Positions 8,457-15,948 of a stretch of 44,782 nt of DNA are shown here, one piece after another (within the stretch, counting starts at the first letter, position 1; the number at the start of each line of letters is the position of its first letter). Both the position numbers and the translations under genes were made by a program. The notes under the pieces were generated by a model that saw only the letters and a list, made by a program, of their open reading frames with translations, had not been told where the DNA came from and searched no databases. Source of the stretch: a virus. The stretch lies in the IMG/VR virus record IMGVR_UViG_3300045988_061090; one strand, 5' to 3'.

Positions 8457-8785
8457 GCTGTGATACACAACGCGCTGTTGACGGCGTAAATTACAACATG
8501 GCTATGCAGACCAATACGATTCAGCAGGCTCTTTGTAGTGGATTCCGCGATGTAATTGACAGTCAGAATGCAGGAACACAGCGTATTATTGACACGATCA
8601 CTCAGGATAAGATTCAGTCCTTGCAGACTGAGCTTCAATCCGCACAACTTCAGCTTGCGAATGTAAGTCAAACGAACAATATCATCAACACATTACGTCC
8701 GACTCCGGTTCCGGCTTATATTACTTGCAGTCCTTATCAGGCGGCTTATGGATATGGCAATGGGTGCGGAAACTGTGCTTGCTAA
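8457..8785 (+). CDS. Gly/Trp/Cys-rich membrane protein, exon 2
   Basis: The frame is open from 8450. Joining T7174 to G8457 keeps the frame and gives ..LGYQLQQCCCDTQRAVDG... The C-terminus is YGYGNGCGNCAC. Confidence 0.6.
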
Positions 8786-8908
8786 AAACTTCATATTGAG
8801 GTTTCTTCCCGGTACGTCCGGGTTGTTCGGCAAAAGCCGTTATTACTAATGTGAGAGGGTGGGCTGATAGTCTACCCTTTTGCAATATTATGAAGGGAGA
8901 ATGAAATT

Positions 8909-9304
8909 ATGGCAGATATGGTAAGCTTAGGAACACAGACAGTAAATGTCGGAGACAATGTTGCCTTTACTACAAATAGGATCGGTGGAAATTGTCAGAA
9001 TATACGTCATGAGCCGGGGAGCGGTAGAGTGACATTGCTGCCGGGTCTTTATAGGGTTGGCTTTAATGGAAACTTTTCAGCAGTGGCAGCCGGAACGTTA
9101 GCCTTTGAAATCAGGCAGGACGGAGATAGTATTCCTGGAAGTAAAATCATTACGACAGTTACGGCAGCAGGGTATGGAAACGGTTCTTCTACTGTGGAAG
9201 TCCGAGTAAATCGCCCATGTTGTTCTACCTTGAGCGTAAGAAACATTGGAACTGTGGCAGCTATCGTAAGTGACGCAAATCTCGTTGTGAGCAGAATAGG
9301 TTAA
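8909..9304 (+). CDS. BclA C-terminal / C1q-TNF-like jelly-roll protein
   Basis: 131 aa. The pattern LPGLYRVGFNGNF...GTLAFEIRQDGDSIPGS...DANLVVSRIG resembles the exosporium BclA C-terminal domain, but no collagen repeats are present. Confidence 0.4.
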   Translation: MADMVSLGTQTVNVGDNVAFTTNRIGGNCQNIRHEPGSGRVTLLPGLYRVGFNGNFSAVAAGTLAFEIRQDGDSIPGSKIITTVTAAGYGNGSSTVEVRVNRPCCSTLSVRNIGTVAAIVSDANLVVSRIG

Positions 9305-9316
9305 GGAGGACAGGCT

Positions 9317-9847
9317 ATGAGTTATAAATTAATGCAGAATATCAAAGAAGAGCTTGATAGAATCGCAGAAAAAGGTCTGAATACCTCAAACCTTGAAACT
9401 GCTTACAAGCTGATCGACATGTTAAAAGACATGGAAAATGTTGAATATTGGAAGTGTAAAGAGGAATATTATGACGCTGTTTTGGCAGAAATGGAAGGCG
9501 GCTATTCCGAAGCTAGAAAGCGTGACAGCATGGAGAGATATTCCCGTGATGGAATGATGCCAAATTATGACAATGACAATTCCTATCGTGGTACACGTGG
9601 AAAGCATTACGTCAGAGGCCACTACAGTCGCGGTAGAGACATGGACACATATAATCAGTACATGGATAAAAAGAACTCTTACAGAGCCGGAAAAGACATG
9701 GATTGTAAACAGAAAATGCTTGCAGCATTAGAGGAGCATATGGACGCTCTGACGGAAGAACTGGAAGGCATGAGCCGCGACGCTGACTGTCGTGAAGAAA
9801 GAGACACCATGAAGCGGTATATCGACAAATTAAGAGACATGATGTAA
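9317..9847 (+). CDS. Charged R/D/Y/M-rich helical protein, unknown function
   Basis: 176 aa with a strong GGAGGA RBS. It has helical ends around a low-complexity Y/R/G/D centre. Confidence 0.55.
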   Translation: MSYKLMQNIKEELDRIAEKGLNTSNLETAYKLIDMLKDMENVEYWKCKEEYYDAVLAEMEGGYSEARKRDSMERYSRDGMMPNYDNDNSYRGTRGKHYVRGHYSRGRDMDTYNQYMDKKNSYRAGKDMDCKQKMLAALEEHMDALTEELEGMSRDADCREERDTMKRYIDKLRDMM

Positions 9848-9853
9848 GCATGA

Positions 9854-9881
9854 GGGCGGTATCTTATGTTACCGCCTTTTA
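9854..9881 (+). terminator. Rho-independent terminator closing the cargo operon
   Basis: The stem pairs gggcggta with taccgcc(t) and is followed by tttt. Confidence 0.7.
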
Positions 9882-9889
9882 ATATGGGT

Positions 9890-9928
9890 AAATATGGGTA
9901 CAACATAATAAAAAAAATATGGTAAAAT
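9890..9928 (+). promoter_or_regulatory. Candidate phage-specific (late?) promoter: AAATATGGGTACAAC-N16-GGTAAAAT
   Basis: The same bipartite motif recurs at 44393..44432 with N17 spacing. Here the -10 is an extended TGGTAAAAT, and a tandem extra AATATGGGTA sits at 9881-9890. Confidence 0.4.
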
Positions 9929-9958
9929 TTAAATACAATATCGAAAGAGAGGCGGAAC

Positions 9959-10132
9959 ATGGTAAAGGAAAAATGGATTTATTGCCCTGTATGCAATAAT
10001 AAAACACGTATAAAAATACGCAAAGAAACTGTGGCAGAAAACCTACCAGTGTTTTGCCCTAAGTGTAAAATACAATCTATCATTGATATAAAGCCAGACT
10101 TTGAAATAGAAGTAAAAACTGATATTGTATAG
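9959..10132 (+). CDS. Cysteine-rich KTR zinc-ribbon protein (57 aa, below the ORF-track cutoff)
   Basis: Hand translation gives MVKEKWIYCPVCNNKTRIKIRKETVAENLPVFCPKCKIQSIIDI... The CPxC-x-KTR ... CPKC pattern matches the Cys_rich_KTR family. RBS is AGAGAGG. Confidence 0.65.
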   Translation: MVKEKWIYCPVCNNKTRIKIRKETVAENLPVFCPKCKIQSIIDIKPDFEIEVKTDIV

Positions 10133-10149
10133 AGCCAGTTGCCAGACAC

Positions 10150-10200
10150 AGAGCCAATGAACTTATCGGAAATTCCGACAGGTTTGTTGGCTCTTTTCTT
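10150..10200 (+). terminator. Possible terminator or structured element
   Basis: agagccaa (10150-57) pairs with ttggctct (10187-94) around an internal hairpin, followed by tttctt. The long loop lowers confidence. Confidence 0.35.
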
Positions 10201-10393
10201 ATTTTTGACACCTCCTTTCTTAGCACACGTCCTTAATAGAAACGGCTTTATGCCGGAGGTTGAAAAGCGGGTGCAATTTCCGGCGTGTGCATTAGGCTTA
10301 TCGCATTGAGCCTGATAATCAATGTACGGGTCTACCGGTCAAATAGCACCTTTGAACGGGTTATAAATGTTCTGCCGCTGTTTGGCGGCATTT

Positions 10394-10466
10394 TGGGACA
10401 TAGCGCAGTTGGTAGAGCACCTGTCTTATACACAGCAAGTCCCCGGTTCGATTCCGGGTGTCCCGA
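10394..10466 (+). tRNA. tRNA with anticodon UAU (tRNA-Ile reading AUA), no encoded CCA
   Basis: A manual cloverleaf fits: acceptor tgggaca/tgtcccg (U1.G72), D arm gcgc-agttggta-gagc, anticodon arm cctgt-cTTATac-acagc (one C:C mismatch), variable loop aagtc, and T arm cccgg-ttcgatt-ccggg. Confidence 0.7.
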
Positions 10467-10545
10467 TTACCCCGACAGAGGTTTATCTGTCTGAATCCAT
10501 TACCGCTGACGGGCGGTTAATAAGTAGACGTTTAGGAGGATTATT

Positions 10546-11184
10546 ATGCAGAACATTGAAGCAATCTTGAAACAATTTAACATCGAAGTTCCAAAAGAAC
10601 AGTCCGAGGAATTTAGGAAAGTATTCCATGAAAATTACAAGACTGTAAAGGACTATGAAAAGGTGGAATCTGACCGCGACAAGTGGAAAGGGCAGGCAGA
10701 GACAGCCGAGGAAACGCTGAAAAAGTTTGACGGCGTGGACTTGGAAACCATGAAGACAGAACTTGACACATGGAAACAGAAAGCGGAAACAGCCGAAAAC
10801 GACTATAAACAGAAGATTTATGACAGAGATTTTTCTGACGCATTGAAAACTGAAATGGAATCCATTAAGTTTTCTAGCGAAGCGGCGAAGAAAGCTGTCA
10901 TGGCAGAGATTAAGGAATCCGGCTTAAAGCTGAAAGACGGTAAGATTTTAGGCTTGTCTGATCTGATCGGGCAGATTAAAGAAAGAGATGCTTCGGCGTT
11001 CGTTGATGAGCAGCAGCAGAAAGCGCAGCAGCAGGCGGCGCGATTTACAACCCCAGGAACAGGAAAAACACCGGGCGGACATGGAACTATGACAAAGAAA
11101 GATATTTATGCAATCAAAGACCCGTCAGAGAGGCAGGCGGCGATTGCTGAAAATCTTGGATTATTTGGACAAGGAGAAGAATAA
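10546..11184 (+). CDS. Scaffolding protein (Phage_GP20-like)
   Basis: 212 aa, highly charged and helical. It lies directly upstream of, and overlaps, the capsid gene start. RBS is AGGAGG. Confidence 0.75.
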   Translation: MQNIEAILKQFNIEVPKEQSEEFRKVFHENYKTVKDYEKVESDRDKWKGQAETAEETLKKFDGVDLETMKTELDTWKQKAETAENDYKQKIYDRDFSDALKTEMESIKFSSEAAKKAVMAEIKESGLKLKDGKILGLSDLIGQIKERDASAFVDEQQQKAQQQAARFTTPGTGKTPGGHGTMTKKDIYAIKDPSERQAAIAENLGLFGQGEE

Positions 11185-12353
11185 TGGCAGCAAAAAATAA
11201 TCTTATCAAAACCGCTGACATTCAGGTAACGGCAAGGGAAATTGATTTTGTTACTAGATTTGAGCGGAACTGGGAGCATTTAAGAGAGATTCTCGGTATT
11301 ATGCGCCCGATTAAGAAACAGCCGGGAGCAATCCTGAAAAGTAAATATGCAGAGGGAAGTCTTGCAGATGGAAACGTAGGCGAGGGCGAGGAAATCCCAT
11401 ACAGCAAATTTACTGTAAAAGAAAAAGAATATGCGGAAATGACCATTGAGAAGTATGCAAAGGCTGTTTCCATTGAAAGCATTAAAGACCACGGCTATGA
11501 GAACGCAGTGCAGATGACCGATGATGAATTTCTGTTCCAGCTTACCACTATGGTTACTGGAAGATTCTATGATTATCTGAATACCGGCACACTGACAGCG
11601 ACAGAGACTACTTTCCAGATGGCGCTTGCTATGGCCAAAGGTCTTGTGGAGAACAAGTTCAAAATGATGCACAGGACAGCAACGGGAGTTGTAGGCTTTG
11701 TAAATATCCTTGACGTGTATGAGTACATCGGTGCGGCAGATATTACGATTCAGAATCAGTTTGGATTCCAGTATATCAAGGACTTCATGGGATTCAACAC
11801 GATCTTCCTGCTTTCTGAGGGAGAAATCCAGAGAGGACGCATTATTGCTACCCCGGTAGAAAATATCGTTCTTTACTATGTTGACCCGAACGAGAGTGAT
11901 TTTGTACGGGCTGGACTGGTATATACGGTCAGCGGAGAAACGAATCTGATTGGATTCCACACTCAAGGCGACTACAAACATGCTGTATCAGAAGCATTTG
12001 CAATCATGGGATTAACTCTTTTTGCAGAATATATTGACGCTATTTCAGTTGTTGATATGACGGACGATACAACACTCGGTACTTTAACGGTAACATCCGC
12101 CGCAGGCACAAAGACGGGAGATACCAAAGTGACTGTTTCTCCGGGGCTTGAAACCGGACACATGTACAAATACAAAGTGGCAGCAGGTTCCGCGCCGGAA
12201 GTAAAGTTCGGACAGAGTGTAAAGACTTGGACACCTTGGGACGGCAAGTCTGATATTACAGCCACTACCGGACAGTATATCACGGTTGTTGAATGTGACA
12301 ATACCTATAAGGCACTGAAATCGGGAAATGACGATGTAACCGCAAAATCATAA
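11184..12353 (+). CDS. Major capsid protein with C-terminal Ig-like extension
   Basis: 389 aa after the scaffold gene. The C-terminal ~90 aa (TLTVTSAAGTKTGDTKVTVSPG...) look like a Big-type decoration domain. Confidence 0.8.
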   Translation: MAAKNNLIKTADIQVTAREIDFVTRFERNWEHLREILGIMRPIKKQPGAILKSKYAEGSLADGNVGEGEEIPYSKFTVKEKEYAEMTIEKYAKAVSIESIKDHGYENAVQMTDDEFLFQLTTMVTGRFYDYLNTGTLTATETTFQMALAMAKGLVENKFKMMHRTATGVVGFVNILDVYEYIGAADITIQNQFGFQYIKDFMGFNTIFLLSEGEIQRGRIIATPVENIVLYYVDPNESDFVRAGLVYTVSGETNLIGFHTQGDYKHAVSEAFAIMGLTLFAEYIDAISVVDMTDDTTLGTLTVTSAAGTKTGDTKVTVSPGLETGHMYKYKVAAGSAPEVKFGQSVKTWTPWDGKSDITATTGQYITVVECDNTYKALKSGNDDVTAKS

Positions 12354-12365
12354 GGAGGCTCCGGC

Positions 12366-12842
12366 ATGGCATACGCAGATACAGAGTTTTATAAAACTAA
12401 ATATTATGGCGATACTGTGCCGGACAAATCCCTTGAAAAGTATCTGGAGAAAGCCAGTGACCGCATAGACAACATTACCTTTGACCGTCTTGTGGACGGC
12501 CTCCCAGACAATGAACGAGCGCAAACAAAGGTAAAGAAAGCGGTCTGTGCGGTTGCTGATTGCTTGTACCAGATTGACGAAGTAAAGAAAGCATCTATGG
12601 CTACTGTGGGAACGGTAACGAGGGAGGACGGCACAATGACCGGAAAAATGGTTTCGTCTGTTTCTTCCGGCTCCGAAAGTATCTCTTATGTTACAGGAAT
12701 ATCTGGAAACAGTGAGGATATTTATTCTCAGGCGGCTATGGACAAAAAAGTAGAGAACGTACTACTGCGGCAAGTTGCGACAGAGTACCTTGCTAATGTT
12801 GGAGATAAAAAAGGAATCAATCTGCTTAGTGCAAGAATTTAA
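12366..12842 (+). CDS. Head-tail connector / DNA-packaging adaptor (gp6/gp15-like)
   Basis: 158 aa at the position after the capsid gene. The N-terminus is MAYADTEFYKTKYYGD..LEKYLEKASDRID. Confidence 0.6.
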   Translation: MAYADTEFYKTKYYGDTVPDKSLEKYLEKASDRIDNITFDRLVDGLPDNERAQTKVKKAVCAVADCLYQIDEVKKASMATVGTVTREDGTMTGKMVSSVSSGSESISYVTGISGNSEDIYSQAAMDKKVENVLLRQVATEYLANVGDKKGINLLSARI

Positions 12843-12928
12843 AGGAGGGGATACCGATATATACCGATACTGTAACGATTTTTAACAAATACGAAAGTCA
12901 GACCGGGGATATATATTGGTATCCTCAT

Positions 12929-13312
12929 GTGCTTTCCGGCGTTGACCTGATTATTGACAAAGCAGCAAACGTAGCAAAGACAGGTCTGGATAGCGCAGAT
13001 ACGGCGAATTTGCATGTTAAATACCATACCGTTGACGGCACCGTAATGGTAGGAGACAAGCCATATCTGCCGCCGAAAGAGTGGGGGAAACAACCAAATG
13101 ACGAACTGGAAGAAAGCATTACCTTTGCTTCTGGGGATTTCTTCATGCAAGGGGAATACGCGGAAGCTCCTATTCTGGATTCCGATTATGCAAACCGTGT
13201 AGACGGTGGATTTTACGATTACCTGAACAAGCGGCATGATTATGTGTTTCTGATAACAACAGTCGGCGGGCCGTATACGCTAATACCGCATTTTGAGATT
13301 GGAGGGAAGTGA
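12929..13312 (+). CDS. Head-tail joining protein. The true start is probably upstream, with the frame open back to the RBS at 12843.
   Basis: The ORF track uses GTG 12929. The frame is open from 12842, and the upstream residues (IYTDTVTIFNKYESQTGDIYWYPH) look coding. No canonical start lies between the AGGAGG RBS and 12929; ATA 12857 is the candidate. Confidence 0.6.
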   Translation: MLSGVDLIIDKAANVAKTGLDSADTANLHVKYHTVDGTVMVGDKPYLPPKEWGKQPNDELEESITFASGDFFMQGEYAEAPILDSDYANRVDGGFYDYLNKRHDYVFLITTVGGPYTLIPHFEIGGK

Positions 13313-13313
13313 C

Positions 13314-13766
13314 ATGGCAGGTAGGACATTTCATTTTCCGGGATTCTCTTTAGTGCAGGGAGATATAAGAGTTGATGTGAGCCTAAATCGTTTTGAACGA
13401 CAGTATGAACGTGCTCAATACTATCTTGATAGTCAGATCATGACGGATATGGTGCCGTATATGCCGCATAGAGACGGAAACTTTGTGAATGTAACGAGAT
13501 TGCAGAGCGCAGCATTGGCAGGAAGCGGAAAAGTTGTTGCGGCTGCGCCACCTATGGGACGTTTTTTGTATGAGGGTAAAGTTATGATTGACCCTGTGAC
13601 ATGGTCACCCTGGGCGAGAAAAGGAGCAAAGAAAGTTGTGACAGAGCGACCGCTTACATACAGCAATCCAAAAGCTACACCGCATTGGTTTGATACAGCA
13701 AAAGACGCGCACGGTAAAGCATGGGTAAAAGGAGTGAAGCGAATTGCCGGAGGAGGCACTAAATAA
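13314..13766 (+). CDS. Neck / minor capsid family protein
   Basis: ATG 13314. The motif ERAQYYLDSQIMTDMVPYMP resembles lactococcal-type minor capsid (neck) proteins. Confidence 0.6.
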   Translation: MAGRTFHFPGFSLVQGDIRVDVSLNRFERQYERAQYYLDSQIMTDMVPYMPHRDGNFVNVTRLQSAALAGSGKVVAAAPPMGRFLYEGKVMIDPVTWSPWARKGAKKVVTERPLTYSNPKATPHWFDTAKDAHGKAWVKGVKRIAGGGTK

Positions 13767-14262
13767 ACCGAAAAGATATGACATAGATGGATATGATGTT
13801 GTGACAAATGCAATCAAGGATTTGCTGAACGACTTTCCGGGACTGTTAGAGGGTGAATCAATTAAATTCTCCACGCTGGAAGAAGAAAGCGGAATTTCGT
13901 TTTACCCCATTTCCGGCCCGGTGATTGCTACAGAAACAACATCTGTAACCGGGAAAGTTAATCAGCTTTGCAATTATCCGTTTTATGTGGTGTACCGAAC
14001 ATCAGTAGACAGTCAAAACTCCAAAATTGATATTAAAGAGTTTTTGGACAATCTCGGTAAATGGCTTGAAAAGCAGTCGATAACCATTGATGGAGAACAG
14101 AAGAAGCTGAAAGATTATCCGGCACTGACAGATGGACGGGAAATCACAGAGATCGCGCGGCAGACCCCGGCATATCTGGACAGCACATCAGAGGGAAATG
14201 TGCAGGACTGGGTTATCAGCCTTGCACTGAAATACAGGAACATATTTTACAAGAACAGATAG
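13744..14262 (+). CDS. Neck / tail-terminator-like protein
   Basis: 172-aa ORF with a TTG start per the track. It lies between the neck gene and the major tail protein gene. Confidence 0.5.
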   Translation: MPEEALNKPKRYDIDGYDVVTNAIKDLLNDFPGLLEGESIKFSTLEEESGISFYPISGPVIATETTSVTGKVNQLCNYPFYVVYRTSVDSQNSKIDIKEFLDNLGKWLEKQSITIDGEQKKLKDYPALTDGREITEIARQTPAYLDSTSEGNVQDWVISLALKYRNIFYKNR

Positions 14263-14276
14263 AAAGGAAAATAAAC

Positions 14277-14831
14277 ATGGCGAAATTAAATCGTGAAGCG
14301 CTTGCGCACTATTTGGACACCACATTTAAAAATGTCGTGGGAAGTGCGGAGTGGGAAATTATTGGTGATGATATCGAAGAAATGTCTAATGAACTTAACC
14401 CGGATATGGAAACATTGAAAAACATCCTGGGTCAGACGAAAACAAAGGATAATGGTTATGAGCCAACAATGGATGCTGACCCATTTTATGCAGATCCTGC
14501 AAAAAAACTTTATCCGAAAATCAGAGAAATTGCTTTTGATCGTTTAAAAGGGGATTCTTGTAAGACTCTTATGTTGGAAGTTATTGTGGAAGATACGGAG
14601 GCCACAAATCATCTGGCGTACGTGCAAGAAGTTATTGTTAAACCGCAGAGTTATGGTGGGGATACGGCCGGATTGAACATTCCATTTCAGGTATCAGAAG
14701 ATGGAGCAAGAACAAAAGGATATGTATCTGCTGCATCGTTAAAAACGGGGAACCCAGAATTTACAGAGGGCGAAATTCCTGGTCCGTCTATGCTGAAGTT
14801 AGAAAAAGAGACGGAGGGCCTTGGTGTCTAA
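14277..14831 (+). CDS. Major tail protein
   Basis: 184 aa located before the chaperone pair and the tape measure gene. Confidence 0.7.
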   Translation: MAKLNREALAHYLDTTFKNVVGSAEWEIIGDDIEEMSNELNPDMETLKNILGQTKTKDNGYEPTMDADPFYADPAKKLYPKIREIAFDRLKGDSCKTLMLEVIVEDTEATNHLAYVQEVIVKPQSYGGDTAGLNIPFQVSEDGARTKGYVSAASLKTGNPEFTEGEIPGPSMLKLEKETEGLGV

Positions 14832-14899
14832 TAACTTAAAGGCGTGTGCAATATCACGTCTTTATCTTTATAAAAATGAATGAACATTGGGAGAACGAT

Positions 14900-15313
14900 A
14901 TGAAAAGTATTACAGCAAATATAGGGGAAAAAATAGAAGTTAAAGACAATAATGGTGATATCATGGGTTACTTTTATTTCAATCCTGCAGACCCTGACAT
15001 TATAAGAAGATGTAATGTAGTTCAGGATAAACTTAATGAACTAACCAACTCTATAAGTAACAAAGGAGATATTAATGAGCTAGAAAAAGTAAATCTGGAA
15101 ATCAGAAAACAAATGCAATTTCTTTTGGGTGAAAGTGCGGGTGATACATTTTTCAGGTACAATTCACCACTTGCAATAACAGATGAAGGAGTTTTGTATG
15201 CGGTGTACATATTTGATATTATTTATGAGTTTATCAGAACTGAAGTAAATGCACGCTCCAAAAAAGTAAAAGAAGCGATGGAAAAATATACAAGGAAATA
15301 TTCTGATGATTGA
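14900..15313 (+). CDS. Tail assembly chaperone
   Basis: ATG 14900 follows a GGGAGA RBS. It is an acidic small protein upstream of the Gp15-like gene and the tape measure gene. Confidence 0.55.
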   Translation: MKSITANIGEKIEVKDNNGDIMGYFYFNPADPDIIRRCNVVQDKLNELTNSISNKGDINELEKVNLEIRKQMQFLLGESAGDTFFRYNSPLAITDEGVLYAVYIFDIIYEFIRTEVNARSKKVKEAMEKYTRKYSDD

Positions 15314-15878
15314 TATATGGTCTTTGCCAAAATCTCTTTGTATAGACGGAAAAGAATATGAAATAAGGAGTGATTTCAGGGCTATATTAGATATATTGTC
15401 AGCATATAACGATTCTCAGTTTAATGACCAAGAAAAAACGATGATTATGCTTAAAATATTTTATAAAGATAAAATTTCTGCTGATTGTTTAAGAGAAGCG
15501 TGTGACAAAGCTATCGAATTTATAGATTATAGTTTTGAAGATTTTAAGAAGAGAAAAGCACATAAGTTAATGGATTGGAATCAAGATGCTCCTATATTAA
15601 TTCCTGCAATTAACAAGGTTGCTGGAAAAGAGATCAGAAGTATACCTTACTTGCATTGGTGGACATTCATGAGCCTATACATGGAAATAGGAGAAGGATT
15701 ATATTCCCAAGTTATTAACATAAGAAATAAAAAAATCAAAGGAAAAAAATTAGAAAAGTGGGAACAAGAATTTTACAGAGACAATAAGTCCTTAGTGGAT
15801 TTAAAAATGAAAAGAAATGAACGGAGCGAAGAAGAGAAGGAAGAACTTCGAGAACTGTTTGGAATTAAGAAAGATTGA
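15306..15878 (+). CDS. Gp15-family tail assembly protein
   Basis: The N-terminus IDGKEYEIRSDFRAILDILSAYND is typical of Phage_Gp15. It has its own ATG, overlapping the upstream stop by 8 nt. Confidence 0.65.
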   Translation: MIDIWSLPKSLCIDGKEYEIRSDFRAILDILSAYNDSQFNDQEKTMIMLKIFYKDKISADCLREACDKAIEFIDYSFEDFKKRKAHKLMDWNQDAPILIPAINKVAGKEIRSIPYLHWWTFMSLYMEIGEGLYSQVINIRNKKIKGKKLEKWEQEFYRDNKSLVDLKMKRNERSEEEKEELRELFGIKKD

Positions 15879-15948
15879 ATATTGGCCAGTAGTTTTTTTA
15901 TTTTAGAGCCAGTCGCTAGTCGCAGAGCCATAGGAAAGAGGTGGAATT

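Noticed and set aside
10285-10570. ORF-track entries 10285..10494 and 10367..10570
   Set aside because: They run through the tRNA cloverleaf and its structured leader. Their content is explained by the tRNA gene, and they have no RBS.
15290-15320. Programmed -1 frameshift between the two tail chaperone ORFs (gpG/gpGT style)
   Set aside because: The second ORF has its own ATG (15306) and an 8-nt overlap. No X_XXY_YYZ slippery heptamer is visible in the overlap (aaatattctgatgattga). The Gp15-type arrangement does not require a fusion.
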